Assembly (NCBI GenBank): GCA_973895155.1
Contig: OZ316895.1
Coordinates: forward strand, 13,379,186-13,443,185
Origin: Marsupella aquatica
Lineage: Eukaryota > Plantae > Marchantiophyta
DNA length: 64,000 nt
Direction of reading: 5' to 3'
Shown: in pieces, positions 28,511 through 43,084 of the stretch
Position numbering within the stretch: position 1 is the stretch's first letter
How the letters are laid out: each line of letters opens with the position of its first letter
The notes under the pieces: generated by a model
What the model was told of the DNA's origin: nothing
Seen by the model: the letters and a program-made list of their open reading frames with translations, nothing else
The model's database searches: none
Made by a program: the position numbers and the translations under genes

Positions 28511-31500
28511 GGTTTAGTATACCACCATAGATCAAGGCTGGGATGGCTGCCTGGTACTTAAGACTGCAGAATCGTCTAGATATGAGCCAAGATAAAATGG
28601 ACATAGAACAGAGCTTGTGAATGAGCAATGAACAAGTCTTTTGATACATTGCTTCGTTTACCAAGTTATGTTGAACTTGGATTTCTTCCTCCTTTTGCCA
28701 AGCTGCCAGTGTCATCCTCATCGATAACCCGTAATTTTGCGCACTTATATGATAGTATTCAGTCCATCATCGCCTGTTCTCCACCTGCTGTGTACCATAC
28801 TTACAGGTGAGGTCTACATGTTCTTTTTGTAGCTATATCCCTGCAGGTGCATGCAAGAATATCTTGTAGTCTCAACTGCCACACATTTTAGTTGATAGCC
28901 CTGATTTTGTATCTTCATGGTTTTTTAATGCTATTAAGCTGCCATTGCAGCCAACTTTTGGATACGTCGGCGTTGTTGATTGTTATGCACGTTCTTGATG
29001 ACTGTTTAGAGAGCAAACTGCTGATTGATTGTTAGTGGAGTCAACCTTCCATTGCAGGCTGCTTTGTAATACTCCCATCCCTCTGCCTTGGTGAAGGTCA
29101 TCCCGTTGCCTTGGTTGAGTCATGACTTGGTGGTGACCTCCAGATACACTTGTGCACTTGTAGGCAATCTCTTCAAATTTGCCTCCTCTCTCATATATGT
29201 TTCTTTGTTGAAGGAGAAGAAAATTTGCCTCCACTCTCATATGTGTTTCAGAGAACTACCACTGACCCTGTGTTTTTCTTCTCCTTCAACCAAGGTGCCT
29301 TCAGATCACTGTGTCACGCGGCATTGAAAATAATTTGGCAAGGAAAGTTTTAGTTACCAGTCAAGCTCCTCAATCCAACCCTAAAACGAACCTCATGCCT
29401 AGGTGCCTTATCTGGTCAAGGCTTGGACTCCCCATGCCTAGTCTGGGAGCAATCTCTTCGATATCTTGGTCACCATTATCCACTTCGTTGTTACTCACAC
29501 TAATAAGTGTGAAGCTTTTTTTAGAGCTCTCACTAGTCTTACTCACACGAAATTTGAGCTAACGCTGATAGCGCGCACGTAAAATAGTATTATGTACCAT
29601 TCAATGGCAGCTTTTTCAGAGCTTGTGGGCACGTTAAATAGTGTTATGTACCATTCAATGGCAGCTTTTTCTGAGCTTGCACTAGTGTTACACTGAATCT
29701 GAGCTATCACTAATAGCGTGCACATCAAATAGCGATATGTCCCACTAATTTCAGGTGTTCGCGTTGATTTTCGCTTTTAGTTTGGAACACCACATGGCAT
29801 GCTTAGATGGAAGGTGACAGTGGGTTGTGCCCCAGCCTGGGTCCACACACAAGCCAAGGTTAGCATCGCCATGTTCCATGAGGCACGCAAACTTCCAGTC
29901 TTTTGGGAAATTTGAGATTATATGGAATCTACATCGATAAGCATTACCCAGGCTCTGTTTTTCGATCCCATCCAAATTAGTCTCTCACACTAATTTAGAA
30001 CTGTTACTAATTCTTTGCTTACAGTAAATGAGGTGAAGGGTCTACCGCCAATGGCTGATCATGTTTTTGCCATTTTTGGAACCTCTCCCAAATATCATTC
30101 AAGCCTGTCCCAAGCTTTTGTGATGTGTAATAGCTTTTTTGTAACCTCACCCAAACAACATTCAAGCCTGTCCCAAATTTTCTTAATGTGTAATACCTTG
30201 TAAGATCCACCATGCAGCTCTGGGGTAAATTACAAAAATTTGTGGGAACCATGTGCAGAGCAAAAAGAAATATGATTGTATTTATAGGCAAGAAATTGAA
30301 AAGGCTTATTGAATAAATAAAAGTAATAAAAACACTAAAATATGAAGAATGTTTTTATTCCACTTTTAGTAACCTAAACCTTACACGTTGAATGTTTTCT
30401 GTACAAAAGTATATATACTTAAATTATGCTAAGATTGCAAGTGATATCTCAAAATAGTCACTTAGTTAACTTGTTAAGTTGGGGAATCACTTATTTAGCA
30501 AATCATGCAGGTTTTCAACAAGCTTTAGTGGACTCTTAAATACCAAAGGCATGTATTTGGCAAGGGAATGTTTAGTGGGGTACCACCCATTAATGATACT
30601 CTAACAAATAAGTCTTTCTGTGAAAGATATATAGAGGTTGAGAGTGTAGTTTTCCCCAATTGAGTTGGATGAGCTACCATGAACTAAGTGGGTGAAGCAC
30701 ATTCACAAGATGAGTAACTTGCTTCATGTTAGTGTTAGTTCTGCCTCACAAAATCAAGATCACCTGGTGACTTAGCAACTGGCATCTTGAGGACATTAGC
30801 AATTGGCATGTTTTCCCTTGTGCTCCCCATTTTATTGGGTCTCTGAGTACCTGTCTCTTTGCTCTTGGCTCTTCATGTTTTTTCCCTTGTATTCCCCCTT
30901 TTATTGGGTCTTGGGGTACATGTTTCCAAGTTACCATTTTATCCTTTGGCACTATGATATCCCTTGTATTCCCCCTTTTATTGGGTCTCTGGGTACATGT
31001 CTCCCAGTTACCCATTTTGTTCTTTGGCACTGTGACTGTGATATATATATATATTTGACGAGCCCTATGCCCATGTGTTGCACGGCGTAATGAGGGCTGG
31101 CTCGGGCCCGGGGGCGAGAGGCAGGGGCGAGTGCATCGGGACCGAGGAGAGGGCAAGGCAGGGTGTCAAGGCGAGGCATCGCAAGCATTGATGCCCATAT
31201 ACGTATATCACAAGGGGGGTCCATAATGAAGGCACGGGCGTGGGAGGCCTCGCCAGAGAGGGCAAGTGCTAATCAAATTGATACGAAAATACTCTAAAAT
31301 ATCTAATGGCCAGTTTTGATTCACACCTATTCTGGATTTCATAAAATGACAAAGGATGAAAAAAAAAAGAGGAACACTTATTATAGTTGTAGATATATAT
31401 CCCCTACACTGTGATATATATGATATATGATATAGTTCCATTGTGAATCTGTACATTTCTTGGCCCGTTGTTATAAATTTATTGTTTGCTTTTTTTTTGT

Positions 31501-32013
31501 CAATGCGGAGCTCCAAAGGGTCTATGTTCTGAAGAGAAAAGCACCCATAGAGCAACGGGCCCACAGCTTGACAGCCCCCTGATGTGTTGTGTTGTGGTGT
31601 GCTGACTGGTCTAAAGTACTTGACAAGCTGGCCTCCATCCCTGCCTCATGCGCCTGCGGACGCCTGTGCTGAAGAAAACAGAGCAATTTGGAATTTACGA
31701 ATTTATCTTCAGCAGACCTGTGTCCAGAACTACTGTACCTGTAAAGAGGAAGAAGAAATTGGCTCACTCTGGTTCCCTCTCCTTCAATTCCGTTCACCAT
31801 TCGTCTGCAAGTCCTACTTCACATTGACAAATTGTCGTCCCTTTCATCTGTATCTGTTTCTTTCGGTTTGGGCCCCTTCCTTGACGGTGAATCTCTCTAA
31901 TGATTCATTCGTATGAACTTTTCTGATAGCAACCGATCTCTGGAGAACTCCCCCGCTCTTGGGTCTTGGAGTCTACCTCTCTTCGGGATTTCTTTCTGAG
32001 GAGAGGAGGCAGG

Positions 32014-35000
32014 ATGCAAATGCCGCAGTGGGTGACGTCGATTAGGCAGCAGGTGGATTCGTGGGCGCAGCAGCAAAGGGCAGCTCTGCCAGCAATGAAC
32101 CCGGCGGGATGGCCACCATGGCATTGGAAATTGAAGCTGCCGTGGCACGAGGACAAGAAGAGGAAAGAGGAGCTGCAAGCGGAGTATCGGAGGAGGAAGA
32201 TGCAGATCGAGGATTTGTGCGGAGCCGTGAAGGCGGAGGACTTGGAAGATCTGCAGGATGTGCTGGGCGCCATGGTCTTGGCAGAGTGTGCATACAAGGT
32301 GCGTAACGCAACGTCGTGTTTAGCAATTGCCTCCTCGTTCGTGGCGGATTCTCCATGAATTGAAATTGTACTTTAAAGGTCAACTCGAAATCATAGCTTG
32401 TTAGATCAACCCTATAATAGTAAGGTGCACATATCTCAATCTTGGAAGTGTTTTGTCTTGGACTTATAGAGCTTATGTTTGCTTGGTATGGGCTTTGGAC
32501 TGCGTTAGCAAATTCATGACTGGAGTAGTGAATCTCTTCCATCCCCCCGCTTCTTTAGCGATCACGGTGGTTTATCTGACTGATGAAAGCATCTCTAAGT
32601 TGGACTGTGTGTCCATGCTTTATAACTAATTATGAAAACCACTCTCAATTGACTTCCACGATTAGTAAAATTAGATTTCTGTTGCTGAACGGCCAACTGC
32701 TGTCCGAAGTAGACAGAAGGGTGCATTCCAATGTTCCTTGATGAAGAAAAGCATTTCAGGAACTAGTGAGGGCTTTGACGGTTCAGTAAGTGCTCAAGAT
32801 TTCCATTTGATATAAATCATTCTGTTCCAGGGAATACTGCTCAGTCTTTCTCATTGCAAACCTTTGGCAGAGACCTGATGCAGAAGTGTTGCGAGCCATA
32901 AACAGTTTCAAGGCAGACTTTGGTGGACAGATAATATCTTTGCATAAAGTCCAGACTTCTTTGGATCATGTTCCGCACAGGTTTTCATCTTTATCCATTT
33001 GAAACGTCCTGTGATGTGCTGTTGAACGAAATAGTTATCGAATGAGTGATTTTCATGTCAAGCCTCTTGTGGCAGCACCTTGGGGTTGTGAGCCTCCCAT
33101 TCCATTGCTTCTATTTGAGCCCTTCAGAAGCAGATTGCTAGATATGCACGGGTAGGAACACTAGGTGTTTCTTTAGATCCACGGTGAGATGGGAGACAAA
33201 TGGGCACCACACCCTAGTGATACTAAGCTGTGTGGTCCGCAGTGGGATTTGAACCTCTGGCTAGTTGACTGCTAGGAAACTCCTCTACCACTACAACAGT
33301 ACTGATGTGTGAAAAGACAACTTCTTGGAAAACAATGCAGTCAATTTCAAGGCTGGGGACAACTTGGGCTTCGTGTAGCGAGTTCCTTTTCTCCTGATAC
33401 GTTTTGACACGTTTATGCCGTCGATGGTACACCAGCACTTTTTTGGCACATTGTTTCCGTTTATGTGATGCATGCAGCTTGTGTTGACAGGTACATACTC
33501 GCAGAGGGTGGAGATACTCTCTTTGCTGCTTTCGCAGGAACAAAAAACTATAGGTGGGCGTTTCTTAAATCCAAATGACCTGTTGCAGCAGTTTCTTGGC
33601 AGTTACTCAGTGTATATTTGGTAAGAGGCGTCTGGGAAATAATCCATGGGGTTTGTGTCTCAGGGATTTCGTTGCAGATGCAAACATTCTTCAGGGTGCG
33701 TTATTTCACGATGAGGAGCCTGAGGAAGAAGTCAGTGAAGAAGAAGTTGAGAAAGCAGCTGGAGTGGGCAACGAACTTTCAACTTCATCAAATGCTAAAC
33801 CAAAGCTGAATCTCCTCAAACCTGCTGCCCACAGAGTACTCTCAAGACTAGCCATTTTGCTGTGGTCCTTTCAATGCAATATTAACGCTGGCTAAGAGGA
33901 AGCAGAGCTAGAGATCCTACTTTTCATTCTTTCTTACATAACTCGGAGCGTCTGACTTTACGGTTGATGACAATCACGTGTAGGGGTTTCTTGGTCGGGC
34001 CAAAGGGATACCAGCAGTGGAGCTATATAGACTTGCCCAGAAGAGAGATTGCAAGCTGGTCCTGTGTGGCCATTCCTTGGGGGGTGCGGTAAGCTTCTAT
34101 TTGGCTCATTTTCTGGTTATAATTTGGGTTTTCGTGTCATTAAGGTACCCAATTAACTGGATCCAATTTTGGCAGGTTGCAGTTTTGGCCACTCTTGCTA
34201 TATTGAGGGTCTTTGCTACTCCTTCGGTGGCAAAGTCTGGGGGAAGACTCCAAATCAAATGCATAACCTTCTCTCAGCCTCCCGTTGGAAATTCTGCTCT
34301 TCGAGAGTGAGTTCTGGCGTCTAAGTGACTCTTCCGTATATGTAATAGAATTTGCTTTCCTTCGACCTGGTACCACCCATTGTTTCGATCCTTTCTGTGA
34401 TATATAGGAGGGATTTGCAATGTTTAGTGTTGTATCTTGCTTTGCTAGGTTGAGTCATCAGTTGTTTCTTGCAGGTTACCACGAGTAAATCCATCCCTTT
34501 TGAGTCACTTTTTAAACATAAATGGTTTGTGCTTTTGCAGCTACGTTCATAAAAGAGGATGGCAGGACCATTTTCGAACTTATTGCATCCCAGAGGATTT
34601 GATTCCACGCATTTTGTCGCCTGCGTATTTCCAGCATTATCGCACCCAAGCTTCTGAGCGGATATCTCAAGTAGCTCAAGTTGTGCATGCTATTTCTCCT
34701 GAGGCAAACAAGGAGCAAGAAAGTAGCTCTGTCGGGACGACATCGAGTGGCCAAAGCCCAAACAACGCAGAAAGTGATCGGATGGTCTTAGGTGTAGGTC
34801 CCCTTCCGAAGTACCTTTGGAGATTACCAAGGCTTGTACCTCTTATTGGAACTCCGCGACCATTTCAATGGTTCAAGAATAGAAATGTAGATAATGTTGC
34901 CAATAGGAAAGAGGATACTAAACTAGAGACACAGGCTGAAATTACACCTCTAGAAATTGAAGAAGAAGCAGGGTCAGTTAGTCTGACATCAGCAGCACCT

Positions 35001-38000
35001 GTATCAGACATTAAACTGGTGTTGGTAGAAAGTGGGGATGCATCGTCTGTAGCAAAGGAAGGGGATAAGCTTGAAACGCTGGGAGGAACCAAAGAGGTGG
35101 TTACTCCAGCTTCTGAAGGAGACAAAGAGGGAAAAGGTGGCAATGGATCTGAATGGCTGAAAAGGGTTCCATCTGTTTCTGTACCATCTTTGCCTTCCTA
35201 TGTCCCTTTTGGTCAGGTGGGCATCTATGTGTACCTCATAGTTTAATTTTCAACTTTTATCCCATGTTCCTTGTGCATTGTTCCTCGTCAGGTAGTGTTC
35301 CAGTGTGGAATCTGCATTCCATACGACTATGGCCATGGCAGGGAAGGTAGGAACCAGCTGTGGATGGTTTGAAAGATCTCCCAGTGAATATTTAGGCAGT
35401 CTCAGAAGCTCGCAATTCGTGCTTTAATTTTTTCTGTTGGTTTAAGCGTTGCTGCTGTATCTTACATCCTATCATGCTGCAGCTCTATTTGCTGGAGAGA
35501 TCATCAATTGTACCCTTGTCTGCATCAGAGTACACTCAGCTAACCTCTGTAAGTATTTTTTTCCTGATCTTCAATCTCAGGGATTCTCATGCAAAGCAAC
35601 AGCTTGTAATGGGTTTTTTGACGTTGCCATTTCTTCCTCCGGCCATTTTTCATTAACGTACTCCTTCCATATACTTTTTCCGGTCTGAATGTTGAGATGT
35701 AGTAATCATCTCTCATCCCCGACAAGGGGTTCCGAAATGTCAGAACGAACTTAATAATATATGGTCGTAGTACAAAGCTCATCTACTTCGAACGTTCCCA
35801 AACTGTGTTGAATATCTCAAAGAAAAATAGGTGAAGTGGCTTATGCTCTAGAGCAATAAGCTATATCTAAACCAAGACTCCATGGTCTATCAGTAGCAGC
35901 CTCTTCAGATCCTAATCTTATGTAACCTATATATCCTCAGGTGCAGTCAGTAATTCAGGAGGTGAAAGAGCGATTCCGTTCCCATACTATGCGATCATAT
36001 AGGGCCAGATTTTTGAGGTATGTCAAGATGTTTGTCTTTGTATATTTTACATATAGCTTAGACTATTTTTTCCATGATCTCACTTCCCCTTTTATCACCA
36101 GAATATAATTTGACAACTTTTTTCTGATGCTCTTGCTACAAGGCAGTGCTTGGGCTCAGATCAGAGTATGCGGTCAGGTCAGGTTTAGCAACCCTGGGTT
36201 TGGTGCTTGCATTTAAAACTGCTACATCTGGGAGAAATTACGAATGTCTTCTGGTCGTTGTTGCAGAATATACGATTCTTGCATGTCTGATAATTCAGCA
36301 TCACCATTGAAAATGGAGCACCTGCCACACTTGCCACATTTGCAGAATTGGCTGGGTGTACTAGGCGCTCGCATTGTCGAGTCAGGGATCATATCAGAGC
36401 CTATTGTACTACGGACAGCAACAGCATTGGTTCCCCTTGGCTGGACAGGGGCCCCAGGAGATAAGGGAGCAAAACCATTATTTGTCGATGTACATGGTTT
36501 TGGCCTTCATCTTTGTACACTAGTACGTGCACAAGTGAATGGACACTGGTAAATTTCTATCTCGTGAACAGAAGTCTGCTGCAGTGTCAGGACACTTACG
36601 TTGACCACAAAGCGCAATGAGACGTAGCATCTAGCAAAGTTAGTTGCAATGCATCTTTTCATTCTTGGTTTGCTACTGCACCACTTAGCTCCCCATGTTT
36701 GTTTTATGAATTGTGAACTTTCCATTCATTGGTCATCGCCTGGTTCATTTCTGAAGTTTGTTCCAAACTCTAGTGAATATTATTTTCTGGAGGTGGAAAA
36801 GTATTTTCTGACTTGCCAACGCGGTAGAGGAATCCGAGCATGTCCTGGATGACGCATGCCGACGGTGTCCCGATGATGTGCTGAGTTTACAACCATGGTC
36901 GACAGTTGCCCTTCGCGGGTTTGCTACTGTAGACCTTCTCATCCCAATATTTGGGCTAACAGATAATCACAAATAACATAAATGCCCCGCCTTTGTTTGC
37001 AGGTGCTCTACGACAATGGAATGCTTACCCCCTCCAGCTTTTCCTCAACAGGAACTACAACACGTTCAGCCTAAGTTGCAGAAGATGCGGATTCGTATTG
37101 GACCACCTCTTGAAAACAAAAACTCTCAAAAGAAATCAAACCCTGACGAGATTGTTTCCAAAGGTGTTCCCGTTGCCAATAGCTTGGGGAGTCCTGCAGT
37201 CAACGTAGAATTGGCTAATGTTGGCAGTAAAGATCTTGGTGTTTACGAAGTTGGGGGCCTGGGAGAGGTGACTATACAATGCAGTACCGACTTCATGACT
37301 GCATCTCAAAGCGTGGTCTCGAGATTACGACGTGTTCGTTTACTTGGATTAGAGGTCTGCACTCATTCCAGTTACCTCATCACTACGTATATTGGGCATT
37401 CGTTTGATTTTCCAACCCACTTGGGTTTGGCAGATTTGTAATTTAATTCTAAGTTGTGGGTCTGATATCTAAGCAGACATCTATTGTTGTTGTTCTGTAC
37501 CCAGGGTGCTGGGAAGACCTCATTGTATTTTGCATTGTTGGGAGAAGCCGGAAGGATTGTAAGCACTAGTGATGGAGGTGTGCTTCCAGACATAGATTTG
37601 AGAGAGGGTGTAACCACTGGCATTAATTATGTTGATGCTGCTGGAGTGAACTTGCAGGTGTGCCTCACTTTCCTACTTTTCCAGTTCATGGGCCTGTGAA
37701 TGCATCACTGTCGACAGCTTTCTGCCACTCCACAAGTTCATCATTTAGCGTTTCGTTGTTGAGTAGCTTGCCTGCTTTCGGTAGAACACTAGTAGGATTA
37801 CATTGTTATCTCATTATGATTCTCTGCCGAAGCTCCAGATGGGTCCAACTTTGTCGCTTAGGCAACAAGCCAATTTTTTGAAACTAGGTCTCCATACCGA
37901 TGTTGTTGGTTGGATGATGTAAATGGTCTCATGCGCTCACAATTGCAGGTTACCTGCCAGATGTCGTGAGCCTTATGTGTCAAGCTTGTTGTCTAAGAAA

Positions 38001-39135
38001 ACATTTACTTCGTGGTAATTTGCAGGACCTTGTGAATGAAACAGAGCGGCTAAGAGAGGAAGTTAGATTGAGCACTGGGCGTAGCGGAAAGAAGTTGGAT
38101 CTTATTATTCTTGTACATAATCTTGCACATAAGATCCCCCGCCTGCATAGCACTGACTCTAAGCAATCACGGCCTGCCTTGGGAGTGCTCCTGGATGAGG
38201 TTACCACAGCTGGAATTCCAGTGGTCCTGGCAATCACAAACAAGTTTGCTGTCAGTGCTGACCGTCGGCACCTTGCCGCCTTAACAATCATGAATACCTA
38301 TCAAGTTCCCCCGAGCTTGACGGTGGTTGTGAATTCATGTCCCTACAGTGTCCATGGATTATCAACTGAGTCCCTTGATTTCCTTGTTCCTGCACTAGAA
38401 GGCAGCAGCAAAGGATCGACTGGAAACGGACTTGTTCAAGGTGCGGCGCAACGGCTTTTCTTTGGACCAATGAGACTTGTCCCACGTCCATTTGGCAAGC
38501 GAGAGGTGGTGCTACCCACTGAAGGCATTAACAAGCTCACGTCTCTCATCCAAAATGTTTTAGCTGACAAAGAAGAGTCTGCTTTTGAGGTATGATTGCT
38601 CTTTGACATACAAATTAGGCAGTGTGTGTTCGTGGAGTTAAGTTGATGGAGAAAACATTCGTTTGCGTCCAAAGAGTACAGAGGAAATGTTGTAGCGTTT
38701 TTAACATTCAGCGTCTATAGCAAGAAAACTGTGGAGCAGATTCCTGTATAGATGGCTCATCACAGTTTAAGTTGGTGATTGGAGGTGTTGTTTGTGATTG
38801 TTGCTCTGTTTATTATCGGATGCAAGAAAATGGTTTAGTTACCATCTTTTTCATATTGTATCATCGAAGTTCGTAAGTCTGAAGAAGCTATCCAACTAAG
38901 AAGGCAAAACCAGTGCTGTGAGACCGACCTTGAGTTACTATTCCTTGCTGTGTAGGATCTTGCAAAGGAGCAGCTAGCACTTCAGAGTGCAGAGGACCTG
39001 GTCCAAAGTACAAGACAGTCCGCCGGAAAATCTGGGGCTGCAGCAGCAGCGGCAGTTGGAGCAGCATTTGGAGCTGGATTTGGAGTGTTTGTTGCGGTAG
39101 TTGTTGGTGCAGCAAATGCTCTTCGGAAACCATGA
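32014..39135 (+). CDS. Class 3 lipase family protein with C-terminal P-loop domain (At3g07400-like), multi-exon
   Basis: Motifs QIEDLC..VK..DLQDVLGAMVLAECAYK, DFGGQIISL, ADANILQG, LVLCGHSLGGA, CITFSQPPVGN, YCIPEDLIPRILSPAYF and P-loop GLE/GAGKTSL; ends ANALRKP* at 39133-39135. Start ATG could be 32014 or 32020. Confidence 0.88.
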
Positions 39136-40518
39136 TTTTGAATTGTAGCTGTGCAGAACTTCTCACTTTTCTATGTATAAATTAATGTGGCCATTCCAGT
39201 TGTGTGCATAATAGGGTGAACCAACTATATCGGAAAGGGAACGATAGAACGAAGGCTGAGTTGATTTAGAATAGTGAACCGCTAGATAGGGTCAAGAAGG
39301 ATGCCGTTGTATTTATGGTGACGGTGCTAAGATTGTGATGATCTGATCGCATCCTGAGTGACTAATTAGACGACAGTAAAGGATAGAAGTCCTCGTACTG
39401 TGCAATAGCTGATGCAATTGCACCGAGTCAAGTTCTCTGAAGGTTAGAGTTTGGGCATGAAAGGGGTATATTGGCGTGTGAAACACTAAGGACGTTTTTG
39501 CAGATGGGATATGGTACGTTGTACAATGGAGGATGTTTCAGGAAATTTGTTAACCGAAGCACTGAAAGTGAATTGATTTAGTTTGAATCACGAACTTTAA
39601 TTGTATTATAGAGGTCTACCGTGGTTGACCTTGTACTGGTTTGAAGTCAAGGTTGGTTTGCGTACAACATCAAATAAATTGAACGTTGTGCCACTCAAAG
39701 TAATGATGGGCATTGTTGTAAACTTTCCTCAGAGAATCCGGTTCAATTCACTTATTCCTGGAATTACAGTGGGGTTTCACGTTTCGTGCTTGGCAGACCT
39801 TGAACGTTGAAGAATGTCAAGACTGCGGGTGGACCTTCATCCTTTGCGTCTTTCGTTTCCCACCGAATGAATGGAATATTGCTTTTTTGTTCTCCTTGCC
39901 ATAAGGTGAATCGCAATGGGTCATGAGGCTGTTTATGCAATCTCCTACTGAAACTTTAGCTGACGTCCCTGAACAATGGAATTGGTAGATACAAAAACCT
40001 CTCATATGTGTCGGAAGTGGATTTTGTGAGTGAGCATACATGACAGGCGAACTGCACAATGTTTGTACCTTGTACCTTAACCATGGGTAAAATTTATGCT
40101 ATGCTCAATTGTGGTACATGAGGTAAGGCCTACGTACATTTCCTTTACATGAAGATTTGCAACACATTTAGATTTTCCACTATAATAATACTCTTTAATT
40201 CCAAAGTCGATTGTCTTTGCTTGTTGAAAGGTGGTGGCGCCTTTAAGAAGTCTGATATTAATAATAATCCAATAGGAGCCCTCACAACTCTGGCTCCACT
40301 TCCAGCACACCACAGCATCTCTCGGAATTGTGCTGCCCCCTGTGGAAAGTTCTCCCAAGCAAGCATTTGACCACACCTGTCACTATAAAAGCCCCATACC
40401 ATGTCTCACTACTCACTATAAAGGTGGAACATTCAACCATAAAGGTGGAACATTCAGCATCTTTTGTGAAGCACTTGCCAAATAAAGGTTTTACACTCAC
40501 CATCTTTTGTGGAGCTCA

Positions 40519-40638
40519 AAGTTTATTCCTGAACTTGTGCACTTTACAATGATACCTTAAGTTTATTCCTGAACTTGTGCACTTTACAATGATACTTTAA
40601 GTTTATTCCTGAACTTGTGCACTTTACAATGATACCTT
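40519..40638. repeat. Tandem repeat, 40-bp unit x3
   Basis: aagtttattcctgaacttgtgcactttacaatgatac(c/t)tt repeated head-to-tail with no spacers. Confidence 0.9.
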
Positions 40639-43084
40639 GCGGACTTCTCTGGCTTCACTCTTCTGTGTAGCCAATGCAGAAAGAGAAAAGAGAACTGGAG
40701 ATGAACCTGCCTTGCCTTTCTCTCTCTAGCCGGTGCGAAAAGAGAGAAGGAGATGAATAACCGACCTCCAGAAAGTAGAGGAATCATACACAAACAAACT
40801 CAGAAAAAGGAGCCAGGGATGGAGATGCTAAGCGTTCCTCTAACTGCACTCCTCCCTGTAGCCAATGCTCGAAAGGAAAAGGAGATGGAGGGGGCTCGAG
40901 AAAGGATTTACACACAAACGAATACAAAAAAGTAGCCAGTGAGGGAAAAAGGAAAGGGAAGGGAACATGCAACGAAAAGGAAAACGAAAAAAAGATTCCT
41001 CCACTCCTCCCCTATATGCTCTTGTTTATACTAAGGAGTGGTTTTTAGTCACTTTGAATTTTAGGAAGGGTGCCCATTTGGTAGCTTTGCCCCGAAAATT
41101 CGTTTTTATCTTTAACGTTTTAGAAGTGAATTATTGAAAGCTACAGTGGCTATGATACTTTAGCACAATGTCAGCGATGAAATGGGGTGTATTTTTGTTC
41201 ATTAACAGACTTTTGGAAGTCAAAAATTCAAGTTGCAATGGTACCCACCCGATGTAATGTTTTTCTAAAAGACTTTTGCGAGTTCCTGAAGAGATGTATT
41301 TCTAGTTTCACTGCACCAAACGTTGCTTTTTGGTTCAGAGTGATGTGAAATACTTCATGAAGATGGATCTTTGCACAACAAGCAACCCCGCTTGCGCTCA
41401 TTTGACAAAGCTCGCTGTGGGTAGCGCAAATGAGCAGGACATAAGTCTACAGCAACGTTGTAGACTTATGGCCATGTTGCAGACCTTTTTCTTAACTCTC
41501 TATCGAGTTAAGAATATGGTCTGCACCATGATTAAAGACAATTATTCGGTTGAGGACTAGCTGCGCTAATTGCTCAAATTCACAGGAGAATGCCCTGCCC
41601 CACTGACACCATCAACCCAGAGCTGTATACTGAGCAGCCATTAGCCTGGAAGAGATTCAGAGTAGTATTTGTACGAGAGAGATTGCAAAAAAAGGAGAGA
41701 TTGCAAAAGTGACTTCTCGAGAAAGTTTGAAGCAAGCTGTGAGAACCTTGACAATCCCAGTCTTAGAGAAACCCCTCAGAGATTCATAGGGAGGGAATTC
41801 TTCTAGTAATTGGCACTCCCACAAAGTTCCTCGTTCGAGTGCCACATAACAATTCTAATTACAACGGGGGTACATGAGAAACCTTGTGAGGGTCCATTTT
41901 TTTACGGACACTGGCTTATTGGCCCATTTTCAGCAAACTGGTCTAATCTTTCTTCATTGAGTAAGCCACTCTCTACAGTTGGTGCTCAACCCCGGCCAGA
42001 GATTGACCTCCTACCATCAGTCTAGACCTAACACAATACAACCAATGATGCTAGACTTTGAACATTACAGTAGAAGCCTGTGAAAGGACACCTGTAGTGG
42101 CTAGGCAAGACACCAATGTTGCAGCTTGACGGACCCCACTACCTGATCTACGTGACACGAGATTTCTACTATTGCCATTGCACTTGCAGCGCTCATCTGT
42201 GAAATCAGAACGACATGGAACAAGAAAACGGAAACAAAGTATCATTCTGGAGGTAAATGGACTAAGCACCATTCCCGATGCCCCATACATAAATGACTTG
42301 GCAACGGTCACATGGAAATCTGACGAACGTAGATGGCTCATAAAAATGAGAATAAACAATTGAAATCCAAGGCAATCCCTGTTTCTTGCAATTTTAACAC
42401 GACAATTCAATGCAGAATACATTCCTGACCAGCTAAAAGAGTCTGCAAATCACGGAAGTAGATTAAAAGTTGTAGGCTGCTATGTTTCAGATGTAGTATA
42501 TATATTATTGATTGGTATAACTGCCAAAAAGGAAAGTCTGCTAATCATACGACAGTAAATTGTAGGGCTAGCACAAAATTCAGACCAGGCTAATCAATTG
42601 TTGATACGTTATGGAACAACTCAGACTTCCATCTCTAACCTTGCTAAACGATCTCGAAATTGGAGGACAGAAATGGATCTCTAATTACCCCATCTAAGAC
42701 CATCTTTGAACTAACTTTGTCTGTATGTATATGAACTCGCCATTTTTAGGTGTTTCAAATGTTGCATGATGAATTTAGATTTCCTGTCCTTATAAGCTAC
42801 AGAGCAAGGACGCTTGAGGCAACGGTGGAGATAACTAGTAGACCAAATTGTTCTTTTTCCAGCTCACCTAACCAGATAGAAGCTTAACTCTCCAGCAAGG
42901 CCGCATGAGGCAATGCTGGAAATTAAATGGTGGAAATAACTCTAGTAGATTGGGTTGTTCCTTTTCCAGCTTACCTAGCCAGATCGAAGCTGAACTCTGC
43001 AGCAAAATTACGAAAGTAACGAGAGTTGGGGCGCGTACAACTCATTCTTATTGCTTGCGTTGAGGGAGTCAACAGACAATTTCT

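Noticed and set aside
40519-40638. CRISPR-like array
   Set aside because: Head-to-tail repeats with no unique spacers, in eukaryotic DNA with no cas genes.
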